Assembly (NCBI GenBank): GCA_000438075.1 | Contig: FR903546.1 | Span: 17,243 to 81,242, forward strand | Direction: 5' to 3' | DNA length: 64,000 nt | DNA from: Clostridium sp. CAG:609 | GTDB lineage: Bacteria; Bacillota_I; Bacilli_A; RF39; UBA660 | Part shown: in pieces, positions 19,267 through 29,584 of the stretch | Numbering within the stretch: the first letter of the stretch is position 1 | How the letters are laid out: each line of letters begins with the position of its first letter | Position numbers and translations under genes: made by a program | The notes under the pieces: generated by a model | Seen by the model: only the letters and a program-made list of their open reading frames with translations | Told to the model about the DNA's origin: nothing | Databases searched by the model: none

Positions 19267-19872
19267 ATGCAAGATTTATTAATAAACATTATGTCAAAAT
19301 ATGGTTATATCGGAGTTTTCTTTTTAATTTTAGTTGAAAATATATTTCCGCCGATACCATCAGAAGTAATACTTTTGGTAGCGGGTTTCATGACTCATTC
19401 ATCACGTTTAAGTGTACCACTTTTAATTTTAACATCATCTTTTTCATCTCTTTTCGGAGCATTTCTTTTATATTACTTAGGTAGAATACTAACCAAAGAT
19501 AGAATAGAAAAAATAGTAAAAAGTAAAATAGGAAGAATTCTTCATTTAAAATTAAATGATATAAATAAATCAATCGACTGGTTTAATAAAAAGGGAAGTA
19601 TTTCTGTTTTCTTTGGAAGATGTATTCCCATTATTAGAAGTTTAATATCTATACCCGCAGGTATTAGTAAAATGAATATTACAACATTTACAATTTATAC
19701 TTTTTGTGGTTCTTTAATATGGAATACAATACTTATTTCACTTGGAAAAATATTTCAAAGTAACTGGATAGTTATTACAAAATATTTAAAAATTTATAAA
19801 GAATATGTAATAATTATTTTAATTATTGGTTTAGTTATTTACATTTTCAAAAAAAACTTAAAAAAAGATTAA
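19267..19872 (+). CDS. DedA/SNARE-associated family membrane protein
   Basis: 201 aa; DedA-like hydrophobic profile with conserved G..P motifs. Confidence 0.65.
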   Translation: MQDLLINIMSKYGYIGVFFLILVENIFPPIPSEVILLVAGFMTHSSRLSVPLLILTSSFSSLFGAFLLYYLGRILTKDRIEKIVKSKIGRILHLKLNDINKSIDWFNKKGSISVFFGRCIPIIRSLISIPAGISKMNITTFTIYTFCGSLIWNTILISLGKIFQSNWIVITKYLKIYKEYVIIILIIGLVIYIFKKNLKKD

Positions 19873-19933
19873 TATTACTAGTTCTTTTATGTACAATCTG
19901 TTATAATATTATTGTTGTGAGGTGAGGTACAAA

Positions 19934-21205
19934 ATGGATAAAGAAATAACACTTTTACCAGCAGATAGATACATGGTAGTAAATAAAAGTATATTAACAG
20001 ATGTAGACCAAAAAAATCTTATTTCTTTTTATGAACCAATCATAGGTCATTTAGCAACATGCTTGTATCTTACCTTAATAAGAGACTTAGAAGAAAATAA
20101 ACAAATATCCAGAGACTTAACACATCATCATTTAATGAGTATTTTAAAAACTCCATTAAAAATTTTAAAAGAAGCAAGATTAGCTTTGGAAGGTGTAGGT
20201 TTATTAAAAACATATCTTTTACAAGGAGATGTTAATAATTATATCTATGAATTATATTCACCATTAACACCGAATGAATTTTTTAATCATCCGATTCTTA
20301 ATATTGTACTATATAACAATCTCGGAGCAACCGAATATGATTATTTAAAAAAACAATATCAAAAAATAAAGATAGATACAAAATCTTATCAAGATATAAC
20401 TAAAACTTTAGATGAAGTATTTGAAAGTAATGCTAATATTCCAGTTTTAGATACAGTTGAAAGAACAATCTCTGATATAACGGTAAAAGATCAAGTTGAT
20501 TTTGACTTAATTATATCAAGCATACCAAAAGGATTAATAAATGAAAAAGCATTCAATAAAAAAACAAAAGAATTGATAAATGAACTGGCATTTATCTATA
20601 AAATTGATAGTTTAAAAATGATGGAATTAATACGAAGTGTATTAAATGAATATGGAATGATTGATAAAAATAACTTACGTATCGCCGCAAGAAAGATTTA
20701 TCAATTTAATAACGGAGGATTACCAACCTTGATTTATCGTTCACAACCAGAATATTTAAAAACACCAGATGGTGATAATTCAATGCGTGGTAAAATTGTT
20801 AAAATGTTTGAAAGTATTAACCCAGTTGACTTTTTACGTAATAAATATCACGGAAGTAAACCCACAAATAGAGATATCAAAATAATTGAAAGCTTAATTA
20901 TTGATTTGGAAATGCCCCCGGCAGTAGTAAACGTCTTACTTGATTATGTCTTAAGAAAAAATAATAATAAACTAGCAACTAATTATATTGAAACAATCGC
21001 TGGACAATGGAAAAGAGCAGGTTTAAAAAATGCTTCCGAAGCTATGGAATTTGCTGAAAAAGAAAATAAGAAATTTACTAAAAAACTTGATCCAGTTAAA
21101 AAGGATTCTAAAGAACCAGTTTGGTTTAATAAAGTCGTAGATCAAAAAGAATTATCAGAAAGTGATAAAGAAGAATTAGAAAACTTACTAAAGGAGTTTA
21201 AATAA
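19934..21205 (+). CDS. Replication initiation / membrane attachment protein (B. subtilis DnaB-type, DnaD-like domains)
   Basis: ~420 aa; immediately followed by dnaI as in the Bacillus dnaB-dnaI operon; ATG at 19934 preferred (RBS GAGGTGAGG). Confidence 0.65.
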   Translation: MDKEITLLPADRYMVVNKSILTDVDQKNLISFYEPIIGHLATCLYLTLIRDLEENKQISRDLTHHHLMSILKTPLKILKEARLALEGVGLLKTYLLQGDVNNYIYELYSPLTPNEFFNHPILNIVLYNNLGATEYDYLKKQYQKIKIDTKSYQDITKTLDEVFESNANIPVLDTVERTISDITVKDQVDFDLIISSIPKGLINEKAFNKKTKELINELAFIYKIDSLKMMELIRSVLNEYGMIDKNNLRIAARKIYQFNNGGLPTLIYRSQPEYLKTPDGDNSMRGKIVKMFESINPVDFLRNKYHGSKPTNRDIKIIESLIIDLEMPPAVVNVLLDYVLRKNNNKLATNYIETIAGQWKRAGLKNASEAMEFAEKENKKFTKKLDPVKKDSKEPVWFNKVVDQKELSESDKEELENLLKEFK

Positions 21206-22092
21206 TGGAAAAAGTACATATGACATTAAGTGAAAAAATAAATGCATCTTTAGAAAAAGAACTTGAAATATCTATGCAAGATGAAGACTTTAAAAAACTT
21301 GTTAAAAGAACAAAGTTACCTAAAGATGTAGTTATGAAAAATAATACCAAATTAACTGATACATGTGATGAGTTAAAAAACTGTAAAAACTGTAAAGGTT
21401 TATTCATGTGCAAAAACAAAGTGGAAGGACATGTTTTATATCCAAGTTATGATGAAACATTAAAATTTATTTACATGCCTTGCAAGTATCAAAAAGAATT
21501 AGAGAAAAAAGAATTAGAAAAGAAAAATAAATTAAATGAAATAGCTAGTGCTAGAATGAAAGATATCGATATAAATGATAAAAATAGAATCAAAGTAATA
21601 AAATGGTTAAAAGATTTTTATGATAATTATGAACCAATTAATACTTTAAAAGGATTATATTTGCATGGCTCTTTTGGAAGTGGTAAAACATTTTTAATTG
21701 CATCGCTTTTAAATGAATTAGTAAATAAAAAACATGCTAAAATAGAAATAGTTTATTTTCCAGAACTTTTAAGAAACATGAAAGAAGATTTCTCTTTAGT
21801 GGAAGATAAATTAAATTATTTGCAAAATATAGATATCCTACTTATTGACGATATCGGAGCCGAAAATGTAACCTCATGGGGTAGAGATGAAATTCTTGGC
21901 ACTATTTTACAATATAGAATGAATAATAAATTAACAACATTTTTTACTTCGAATCTTACAATCGACGAGTTAGAACAACACTTATCAATTACTAAAGATA
22001 GTGAAGATAAAGTTAAAGCAAGAAGAATAATTGAAAGAATAAAACAACTTACAGATGACATAGAATTAGTAAGTATTAACAGAAGAAGTTAA
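21205..22092 (+). CDS. dnaI: Primosomal helicase loader DnaI (AAA+)
   Basis: N-terminal Cys-rich module (CDELKNCKNCKGLFMC); Walker A GSFGSGKT; Walker B LLIDDIG. Confidence 0.8.
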   Translation: MEKVHMTLSEKINASLEKELEISMQDEDFKKLVKRTKLPKDVVMKNNTKLTDTCDELKNCKNCKGLFMCKNKVEGHVLYPSYDETLKFIYMPCKYQKELEKKELEKKNKLNEIASARMKDIDINDKNRIKVIKWLKDFYDNYEPINTLKGLYLHGSFGSGKTFLIASLLNELVNKKHAKIEIVYFPELLRNMKEDFSLVEDKLNYLQNIDILLIDDIGAENVTSWGRDEILGTILQYRMNNKLTTFFTSNLTIDELEQHLSITKDSEDKVKARRIIERIKQLTDDIELVSINRRS

Positions 22093-22147
22093 ATTATACT
22101 TTTTAATTTTAAAAATTTGTGGTATTATAATGATAGGGTGATTAGTG

Positions 22148-22945
22148 ATGAATGAAAATAAACCATTATTACAAGAAGTGGAAGAAACATTTCCTTTCTT
22201 AGAAAATCAAAAAAACAATAAAAAAGAAGTTAAAAAAGGTAAATTATCTAAAGAACAAATTGGTACAATAATTATATCTATTTTAGTTTTATTATTTGCA
22301 TATCGAACATTTAAACCTTTCTACATTGGATTTAAATATTATAACGAAGGACATCCATCTAAAGAAACAACAACTACTGATAATAAAAAAAATCTAAAAC
22401 AAGTAGAAAAAGATTCAATAATTTTAACACAAACCTATAACAAAATAGATGTTACAAATAAAAATGTATTAAATAATTTATTTAATACAATATATGCAAC
22501 TAATGAAGTAAAAAAAGAAACAATGTCTTTGACTGATAAATTAAGTATTGTATTAAAATATTTAGGTGTTAATTGTGATAACCTAGATAAAGAAGTATCT
22601 AGTGAAGAAATAAAAAATGCATCGCTTTTAATATTTAATGAAGATTTAAGTACAGTTGAAAGACCAACATTATCATGTCTAGAAAGTGATAACTTCGTAA
22701 TTAAGGGAATCAAAAAAGCCGAAGCTGATGATAATTATTTATATATTTACGAATACTTTGGTTATGTTGTAAAATCTGATGAAACATATAATATATATAC
22801 AAATTCATTAGCAAATGAATCTCTTACTTCATATAATGTAACAGAAAACTTTACAAATACAGACTCATTAAAAGAATATAAATGGACATATAAAAAGAGT
22901 AGTGATAACAATTATTATTTTGTATCAGTTACTCCGGTAATTTGA
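22148..22945 (+). CDS. Hypothetical membrane-anchored protein
   Basis: Single TM near residue 40; no recognised domain. Confidence 0.4.
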   Translation: MNENKPLLQEVEETFPFLENQKNNKKEVKKGKLSKEQIGTIIISILVLLFAYRTFKPFYIGFKYYNEGHPSKETTTTDNKKNLKQVEKDSIILTQTYNKIDVTNKNVLNNLFNTIYATNEVKKETMSLTDKLSIVLKYLGVNCDNLDKEVSSEEIKNASLLIFNEDLSTVERPTLSCLESDNFVIKGIKKAEADDNYLYIYEYFGYVVKSDETYNIYTNSLANESLTSYNVTENFTNTDSLKEYKWTYKKSSDNNYYFVSVTPVI

Positions 22946-23265
22946 TTAAATAAAAGTTTTAAATTATTTAAATAGACAAGTTTAGAAACATTGTCTATTT
23001 TTTTGATAATTCCTTTTTCTTCATAAATAAACCCGCCTTTAAAATAGGTAATTAAAACTAAACTTTTCATATAATAAGCATCAATTATCTTATTTTCTAT
23101 TTTTGTTATTTCATCTGGGCTTAACACAGGCTTTTCTTTTCTTTCTTTTTCATGAACTATAGAATATAACACCTCTTTATTATTAACCAAAGAATTAAAG
23201 GGTAACCATTTAATCATGCCACGATCATTATTCATGATGTCCTCCAATCTTTTTATTTCTTTCAA
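22915..23265 (-). CDS. YolD-like protein (partner of Y-family polymerases)
   Basis: 116 aa; ...IKWLPFNSL... pattern and position immediately downstream of the Y-family polymerase gene. Confidence 0.55.
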   Translation of the reverse strand: MKEIKRLEDIMNNDRGMIKWLPFNSLVNNKEVLYSIVHEKERKEKPVLSPDEITKIENKIIDAYYMKSLVLITYFKGGFIYEEKGIIKKIDNVSKLVYLNNLKLLFNQITGVTDTK

Positions 23266-24490
23266 TTTCGGTTGAATCTTCCAAAAGACTACTAGCTTTT
23301 ACAATACTATTTTTACCATATTTAATTTTGATGTTATCAATTGCATCATTTATTTTAACTTCTTCTTCTTTTTCTTCGATTGATTCAAATAAATTAAGCT
23401 GAACACCAGCCTTTTTAGTTAACCCACCACAAGAAATACTTACCTTTCTAATAGGTAAATTATTATAATATCTATCTAATATTAGAAAACAAATATTAAT
23501 AATTTCTTTACTACTATCAGTTGGACTATCTAATTTTATTGAGTGATAAAACCCGCCTTGAACATTTTTCGAATAACCTAATCCAAAACCAATAACACTA
23601 GTCATTTTTTTGCTGGCTCTTAATCTAGATGCTAAAACATCTACCATTTCCGCAATAATTAATTTAACATTGTTACCATCATAATCTTTAAATAATACTT
23701 GTGAATGGCTATAAGACTTATCTTTTGGTTGTATTTTAAAATCAGATATTCTACTTAAATCAATTCCATTAGCATGATTCCATAATTCAAGCCCCATTAC
23801 CCCAAACTTATCTTTCAACATATTTTTATCTGTATGGGCAAGTTCTCCGATGGAATATATATTTAATATGTTTAAATTTTTTTCCATTCTTGGACCAATC
23901 CCCCACATTTTAGAAAGTGGTTTTATTGTCCATAACTTTTCAGGTATATCATCATAAGTCCATTTAGCAATTCCATTTTTATGTTTTTTAGCTTCGGTAT
24001 CCATTGCAACTTTTGCCAGTAACATATTTGGACCAATTCCACATGTCGCGGTAAGCCCAGTTTTTCTTTCAATAGTTTTTAATATTTCTTCCGCAAGTTC
24101 ATAATCGCTTTTTTTGTAAAAAGTTAAATAATCAGTTACATCTAAGAAACATTCATCGATAGAGTAGATATGTAAATCTTCAACAGATACATAATCAAGA
24201 TATATACTTACAACTTCTTTACTCTTATTTATATATAATTTCATTCTTGGCGGTACAATTTCATACTTAATATTTTTAGGTATATCAAAAAGTCTTACAC
24301 GTGATGGAACTCCTTGACTCTTTAAAGCTGGAGTAACTGCCAAAGTAATTGCCCCATTTCCTTGTGTTTTATTAGCTACCACTAAAGGTACTTTAAAAGG
24401 ATCAAGCCCACGTTCAACACATTCACAAGATGCAAAAAAACTTTTTAAATCAATACACATAATATTTCTTTTTACATACATTTCTTCCAT
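23228..24490 (-). CDS. Y-family DNA polymerase (Pol IV / UmuC-like)
   Basis: Start MEEMYVKRNIMCIDLKSFFASCE (DinB-type N-terminus) with GGAGGA RBS; track start at 24547 probably too far upstream. Confidence 0.8.
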   Translation of the reverse strand: MEEMYVKRNIMCIDLKSFFASCECVERGLDPFKVPLVVANKTQGNGAITLAVTPALKSQGVPSRVRLFDIPKNIKYEIVPPRMKLYINKSKEVVSIYLDYVSVEDLHIYSIDECFLDVTDYLTFYKKSDYELAEEILKTIERKTGLTATCGIGPNMLLAKVAMDTEAKKHKNGIAKWTYDDIPEKLWTIKPLSKMWGIGPRMEKNLNILNIYSIGELAHTDKNMLKDKFGVMGLELWNHANGIDLSRISDFKIQPKDKSYSHSQVLFKDYDGNNVKLIIAEMVDVLASRLRASKKMTSVIGFGLGYSKNVQGGFYHSIKLDSPTDSSKEIINICFLILDRYYNNLPIRKVSISCGGLTKKAGVQLNLFESIEEKEEEVKINDAIDNIKIKYGKNSIVKASSLLEDSTEIERNKKIGGHHE

Positions 24491-24578
24491 ATTATCCTCC
24501 AAACGCTTGTTTATAAATATTATAATAGATTTAAAAAGTTTTATCAATAACTAATTTTGGTAATTTTAAATTATATAC

Positions 24579-24800
24579 TTATCTTTTAGAGTAAGGTTTT
24601 CTTTCATCAGTAAGACCAACCAAATAATCAATACTAGTATCATAAAATTTTGCTAAACTAGCTAGTTTTTCAATAGGTATAGTATTAATACCCATTTCAT
24701 ATCTGCAATATTGAGCTTGAGTAACTTTTAAGTACTTAGCAATGTCAGTTTGCTTATAATCTTTATCTTCTCTGATTTCTTTAAGTCTATCTATATTCAT
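24579..24800 (-). CDS. XRE-family HTH transcriptional regulator (73 aa)
   Basis: HTH_3: QTDIAKYLKVTQAQYCRYEMG; first gene of the xre-polY-yolD cassette. Confidence 0.75.
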   Translation of the reverse strand: MNIDRLKEIREDKDYKQTDIAKYLKVTQAQYCRYEMGINTIPIEKLASLAKFYDTSIDYLVGLTDERKPYSKR

Positions 24801-24830
24801 GTTCTATCACCTAAATTAATTTTACACAAT

Positions 24831-24899
24831 ATACGTCTTACGCATTGACATATATACGTTTTGCGTATATAATTTATTTATAAAATGCGTAAAACGTAT
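24831..24899. promoter_or_regulatory. Three copies of a 15 bp operator ATACGTYTTRCGYAT (24831-24845 +, 24854-24868 +, 24885-24899 inverted) in the divergent region
   Basis: ATACGTCTTACGCAT / ATACGTTTTGCGTAT / ATGCGTAAAACGTAT (the last is the reverse complement of ATACGTTTTACGCAT). Confidence 0.55.
24845..24873 (+). promoter_or_regulatory. Consensus sigma-A promoter TTGACA - 17 bp - TATAAT driving the 24914 gene; the operator copy lies in the spacer
   Basis: Perfect hexamers and spacing read directly. Confidence 0.6.
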
Positions 24900-24913
24900 A
24901 AAGAGGTGGCTAC

Positions 24914-26224
24914 ATGAAAAAGTATAAAACAATTATTTTGATGTGTATTTTTACAACACTTGGAATGATAATAGGAAGATATACTAGCAAAAATGACGTC
25001 TATGAACAAGATACAAGAAAAATAAAAAACAATAATACAATATCAATGATGTTAGAAACAGATACTAATTCAAAGACTTATATTCAATCAACAGATAGTA
25101 CTTGGCCAAGTGATGGTTATATGTTTAATGAAAACTTAAGTAAGTGTGAACAAGGTAGTACTTTAAAGTGGGATGAAGAAAATAAAAAGGTAGTAATGGA
25201 AGGAAATACTTCAGATAAATGTTATGTATTTTTTGATAAATATGACTCTATAAAAATAAATAGCTACTCCATCAGTCCTATAGATGATACAATAAACATA
25301 ACAATTGATGCAACAAGTGGAACTGGAACAATTAGTAAATATTATTATTCAAAAGATGATGGAGTAACATATGTAGAAAGTGAATCAAATACATATACAT
25401 TTAATAATTTAACAATTGGCACATATAAAATAAAAGTTTATATAATGGATTCAAATGGTAATAAAAGTAATACAATTAGTAAAGAAATAAATGTTATTCC
25501 AAAACCAACAAATCCAACAATGGAATTTGATAGTACATATAAAATTATAATAAGTGGTTCAACATCTAAAAATGGTAATGTTGAGTATTACTATAGTTTT
25601 GATAACAAAACATTTACCAAAGGAAATACCATTACAGTTAATAATAGCACAAATATATATGCATATAGCATAGACATAAAAAATCAAAAATCAGATACAA
25701 TCAGTAAATATGTAACTATAAATGCTTCAACCAATGAAACAGTTAGTAGCTATTATTATTGTTCAAAAACCAATACCTATCAATCACGTTCTAAATGCAG
25801 TTATTCGTATGCAGCAACAGGGACTACAACTTATAGTTGCTCAGAAAGTTATTATGAAGTAATAGATGGAACATGCTATTATCAATTAGCACAAGTTGGT
25901 ACACATCCATCATTAAGTTCTTGTAATAGTCAGTGCATAGAAGGTGAAACGAGTAATAATTATGAATGCTTATATAAAACAAGCGGAACACGTGGATATG
26001 CATGTTATAGAAATTATGGTTCAGCCACTGCTAGTACATCATATTCATGCCCAGATGGAGGCTCTTTATCAAATCAAACATGTACAGGTGCTACATACAT
26101 CGGAACATTGAAATACAAATGTGTAAATGAATATTATGATACAAAAACAACTGCCACAACTGCATGTACAAATTATTGTAGCATAGGGGCGTATTATAAT
26201 GGAACATGTTATGATTTAAAATAA
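24914..26224 (+). CDS. Membrane-anchored surface protein with Ig/FN3-like repeats and a C-terminal Cys-rich repeat region (14 Cys); paralog of 14436-14756
   Basis: N-terminal TM; ...VYEQD...ISMMLETD... module; repeated TxYxC...YY...GTCY units; C-terminal LKYKCVNEYYDTKTTATTACTNYCSIGAYYNGTCYDLK. Confidence 0.6.
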   Translation: MKKYKTIILMCIFTTLGMIIGRYTSKNDVYEQDTRKIKNNNTISMMLETDTNSKTYIQSTDSTWPSDGYMFNENLSKCEQGSTLKWDEENKKVVMEGNTSDKCYVFFDKYDSIKINSYSISPIDDTINITIDATSGTGTISKYYYSKDDGVTYVESESNTYTFNNLTIGTYKIKVYIMDSNGNKSNTISKEINVIPKPTNPTMEFDSTYKIIISGSTSKNGNVEYYYSFDNKTFTKGNTITVNNSTNIYAYSIDIKNQKSDTISKYVTINASTNETVSSYYYCSKTNTYQSRSKCSYSYAATGTTTYSCSESYYEVIDGTCYYQLAQVGTHPSLSSCNSQCIEGETSNNYECLYKTSGTRGYACYRNYGSATASTSYSCPDGGSLSNQTCTGATYIGTLKYKCVNEYYDTKTTATTACTNYCSIGAYYNGTCYDLK

Positions 26225-26247
26225 TTGTTATATTTAGAAAATATATT

Positions 26248-26273
26248 TGAGAGTTAAACCTCTCATTTTTTTT
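26248..26273 (+). terminator. Rho-independent terminator (TGAGAG-TTAAAC-CTCTCA + T8)
   Basis: Hairpin plus T-run 24 bp after the stop. Confidence 0.6.
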
Positions 26274-26382
26274 CTAAAAATTTCAAAAAGTATGATATAA
26301 TTATCTTGTCTATAAAAAGGCTTAAGTATGTAAGAATTTTTACATACTGAATAAATACATAAATTAAGAAAGAAGGAATAAA

Positions 26383-27258
26383 ATGATAATAGGTTCACAT
26401 GTAAGTTTTGGTGCTGAACAATTACTTGGAAGTGCTAAACAAGCAAAAAGTTTCGGTGCAAACACATTTATGTTTTACACCGGAGCACCTCAAAATACAA
26501 TAAGAAAAGAAATTGATGATAATAAAACCAAAGAAGCTTTAGAATACATGAAAGAAAATAACATTGATATAAATAATGTTATATGTCATGCACCATACAT
26601 AATAAATTTAGCAAACAGAGAAAATGAAGTATCATGGAATTTCTCATGTTCATTTTTAAAAAATGAAATAGCAAGAATAACAAAAATGAAAGTAAATTAT
26701 ATCGTAGTGCACCCAGGAAATAGCCTAAAAATGGATAGAGAAGTTGCTCTAGATAACATAGCGAGTGCCATCAACTTAATAATTGATGCAAATACAAAAC
26801 CAATGATTCTACTTGAAACTATGGCAGGAAAAGGAACTGAATGTGGTAAAACTATGAATGAGTTAAAAACTATTCTAGATAAAATTATTTTAAAAGAAAA
26901 AGTTGGTATTTGTCTTGATACATGTCATTTAAATGACTCAGGTATAGATATTAAAAACTTTGATGAATATCTAAATTTATTTGATAAACTTATTGGTCTT
27001 GATAAAATAAAATGTATTCATATTAATGATAGCAAAAATGAAATTGGAAGTCATAAAGATAGACATGCTAATATTGGTTATGGAACAATTGGTTTTGATA
27101 ATTTAATAAATGTTTTATATAATGAAAAATTAAAAAATGTTCCTAAAATATTAGAAACACCTTACATCGAAGAATATCCGCCATATAAATTAGAAATAGA
27201 GATGATTTTAACTAAAAAGTTTAACCCTAACTTATATGAAGATGTAAAAACTATTTAA
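26383..27258 (+). CDS. nfo: Endonuclease IV (AP endonuclease, TIM barrel)
   Basis: 291 aa; HAPYIINLA, VVHPG and metal-binding His/Asp/Glu pattern. Confidence 0.8.
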   Translation: MIIGSHVSFGAEQLLGSAKQAKSFGANTFMFYTGAPQNTIRKEIDDNKTKEALEYMKENNIDINNVICHAPYIINLANRENEVSWNFSCSFLKNEIARITKMKVNYIVVHPGNSLKMDREVALDNIASAINLIIDANTKPMILLETMAGKGTECGKTMNELKTILDKIILKEKVGICLDTCHLNDSGIDIKNFDEYLNLFDKLIGLDKIKCIHINDSKNEIGSHKDRHANIGYGTIGFDNLINVLYNEKLKNVPKILETPYIEEYPPYKLEIEMILTKKFNPNLYEDVKTI

Positions 27259-27514
27259 AATTAGAACCAAACTTTTGCAAGTATTCATTGAATACTTGTT
27301 TTATTTTTAAAAAATTTTCATTACTATAATGTCCCTTATATCTATCGATATCAAAAATACTTGGATTCTTTAAAACATCTTTCCAATTCTTTTTTATAAA
27401 AAGGTAAGTAAAATCAAGTTCCTCATTACTTAAATTAGCTCCTTTTTTTAAAGCAAAATTATTTACATCATCTTTAGTTAACTTATTTATATACATACTT
27501 ACAATATTAAACAT
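27251..27514 (-). CDS. Hypothetical small protein (87 aa)
   Basis: ORF only; convergent with nfo. Confidence 0.35.
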   Translation of the reverse strand: MFNIVSMYINKLTKDDVNNFALKKGANLSNEELDFTYLFIKKNWKDVLKNPSIFDIDRYKGHYSNENFLKIKQVFNEYLQKFGSNFK

Positions 27515-27567
27515 ATAATCACCTTAATATATTGTATGAAATTAATTAAAAAAGCAATACTAAAAAT

Positions 27568-29502
27568 ATGAAAAAGAAAGTTATATATGGATTATTAATA
27601 GCATTTTTTATTATATGTAGTTTTAAATTAGTAAGTATTTTAAAAAATAAGGAATATTACACTAAATTATTAGATGAAAAAACAAATATTTATGTTTATG
27701 GAATTAGTGCACCGCGAGGAAGAATACTAGATTGTAATGGTAAAGTTTTAGTGGATAACATTGGTATTAAAACAATTTACTACAACAAAATAAAGGGAAT
27801 AACAAAATCTAAAGAATTAGAAATTGCAGGGTTACTTGCAAATGTTTTAAGTGTTGATGAGGCAACCATTGATGAATTAAAAGAATATTATCTTATAAAT
27901 AATAATGATGGCAAATACTTAATAACGGATGAAGAATATAAACTTTTTGAAGAAAGAAAAATAACCAAGGAAGAAATAGATATAAAAAAAAGAGCAAGAA
28001 TAACTGATGATATGTTAAATTACAGTAGTAAAGAAAAGACTCAAGCACACATATATTCTCTCATGAACAAAGGCTACATCTATAGTAAAAAGAAAATAGC
28101 ATCTAATTTAACTGAAGAAGAATATGCTAAAATAATTGAAAGTAAAATACCAGGTATCACCGGTGAATTATCGTGGGATAGAATTTATTTATATGGTGAT
28201 ACTTTAAAAAATATATTTGGAAGAATCGGAAGCATTACCAAAGAAACTAAAGAATATTATTTAACTAAAGATTATGAATTAACAGACACCGTAGGTATAA
28301 GTTATTTGGAAAATGTTTACGAAGATTACTTACGTGGTAAAAAAGCAAAATACAAAGTTGGAAGTGATTACACATTAACCTTACTTGAAGAAGAACAAAA
28401 AGGAAATGACTTAATATTATCAATAGATATAGATATGCAAATAAAAACTGAAGAAATTTTAAAAGATAAGTTAATCCTTGCTAAAAAATATGGTAATACT
28501 GAATATTTCAAAGATAGTTATGCTTTGGTAAGTGATCCATTAACTGGAAGTATCAAAGCAATATCTGGAATTCGTTTAAATGATGATAATACTTTCAGTG
28601 ACATAAGTTTAAATAATATCAATAAATCATATACAATAGGTAGTGCAGTAAAAGGAGCAACTATCGCAGTTGGTTATAAATATAACTTAATTGAACCTGG
28701 AAAATATATTAATGATTCATGTGTTAAATTATTATTTGTTCCCCCAAAATGTAGTTTTAAAAAATTAGGTAAAGTAAATGATTTAACAGCATTATCAAAT
28801 TCATCAAATTATTATCAGTATATGATTGCTATCAAATTAACGGGTAATACATACACTCCGAACATGAAACTTAATGCAACCAAAGAACACTTTAAAAAAT
28901 ATCGTGAGATGTTATCAAGTTTTGGCCTTGGTGTTAAAACTGGTATTGACTTACCAAATGAACAAACAGGTATAATAGGAAAAACTATCGCCGATGATTT
29001 GCTTCTTAACCTATCAATTGGTCAGTATGATACTTATACTCCAATCGAAGTCTTACAATATATAAATAGTGTTGCAACAGGCAAAAGAATAAAACTAAGT
29101 TTAATGCAAGAAATAAAAAATGGGGAAGAAACTTTATTAGAAAATAAAAGTGAAGTATTAAATAATGTCGATTTAGATAAAGAATCACTTGATAGAATAA
29201 AAGAAGGAATGAAACTAGTTTTAAGTGAAGGAACAGGTAAGTTTTATGTACCTCAAGGATTAAATTTCGCAGGTAAAACTGGAACAAGTGAATCATTTTT
29301 AGATACCAATAATGATAATATTGTTGATACAGCCACAATTTCTTCGACATTCACAGGTTTTTATCCAGCAGATAATCCTAAATTTAGCATTGTTGTTATA
29401 ACTCCAAATGTCTCACATAAAAATGGTAAAACAGATGCATTTTACTTTGGTGCAAGTAAAATTACCAAAGAATTAGTGACATTTTTAAGTAATAATTACT
29501 AA
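27568..29502 (+). CDS. Penicillin-binding protein 2-type transpeptidase (class B PBP, PBP2/SpoVD-like)
   Basis: N-terminal TM; SxxK (GSAVK); SxN (SNSSN); KTG (AGKTGTSE). Confidence 0.8.
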   Translation: MKKKVIYGLLIAFFIICSFKLVSILKNKEYYTKLLDEKTNIYVYGISAPRGRILDCNGKVLVDNIGIKTIYYNKIKGITKSKELEIAGLLANVLSVDEATIDELKEYYLINNNDGKYLITDEEYKLFEERKITKEEIDIKKRARITDDMLNYSSKEKTQAHIYSLMNKGYIYSKKKIASNLTEEEYAKIIESKIPGITGELSWDRIYLYGDTLKNIFGRIGSITKETKEYYLTKDYELTDTVGISYLENVYEDYLRGKKAKYKVGSDYTLTLLEEEQKGNDLILSIDIDMQIKTEEILKDKLILAKKYGNTEYFKDSYALVSDPLTGSIKAISGIRLNDDNTFSDISLNNINKSYTIGSAVKGATIAVGYKYNLIEPGKYINDSCVKLLFVPPKCSFKKLGKVNDLTALSNSSNYYQYMIAIKLTGNTYTPNMKLNATKEHFKKYREMLSSFGLGVKTGIDLPNEQTGIIGKTIADDLLLNLSIGQYDTYTPIEVLQYINSVATGKRIKLSLMQEIKNGEETLLENKSEVLNNVDLDKESLDRIKEGMKLVLSEGTGKFYVPQGLNFAGKTGTSESFLDTNNDNIVDTATISSTFTGFYPADNPKFSIVVITPNVSHKNGKTDAFYFGASKITKELVTFLSNNY

Positions 29503-29584
29503 AATTTGCAAAAAAATCATTGAAATTAATCTAATATAGTTGAAAAATGTTAGAATTTTGGTATAATTATAAAAGATGCAATTT

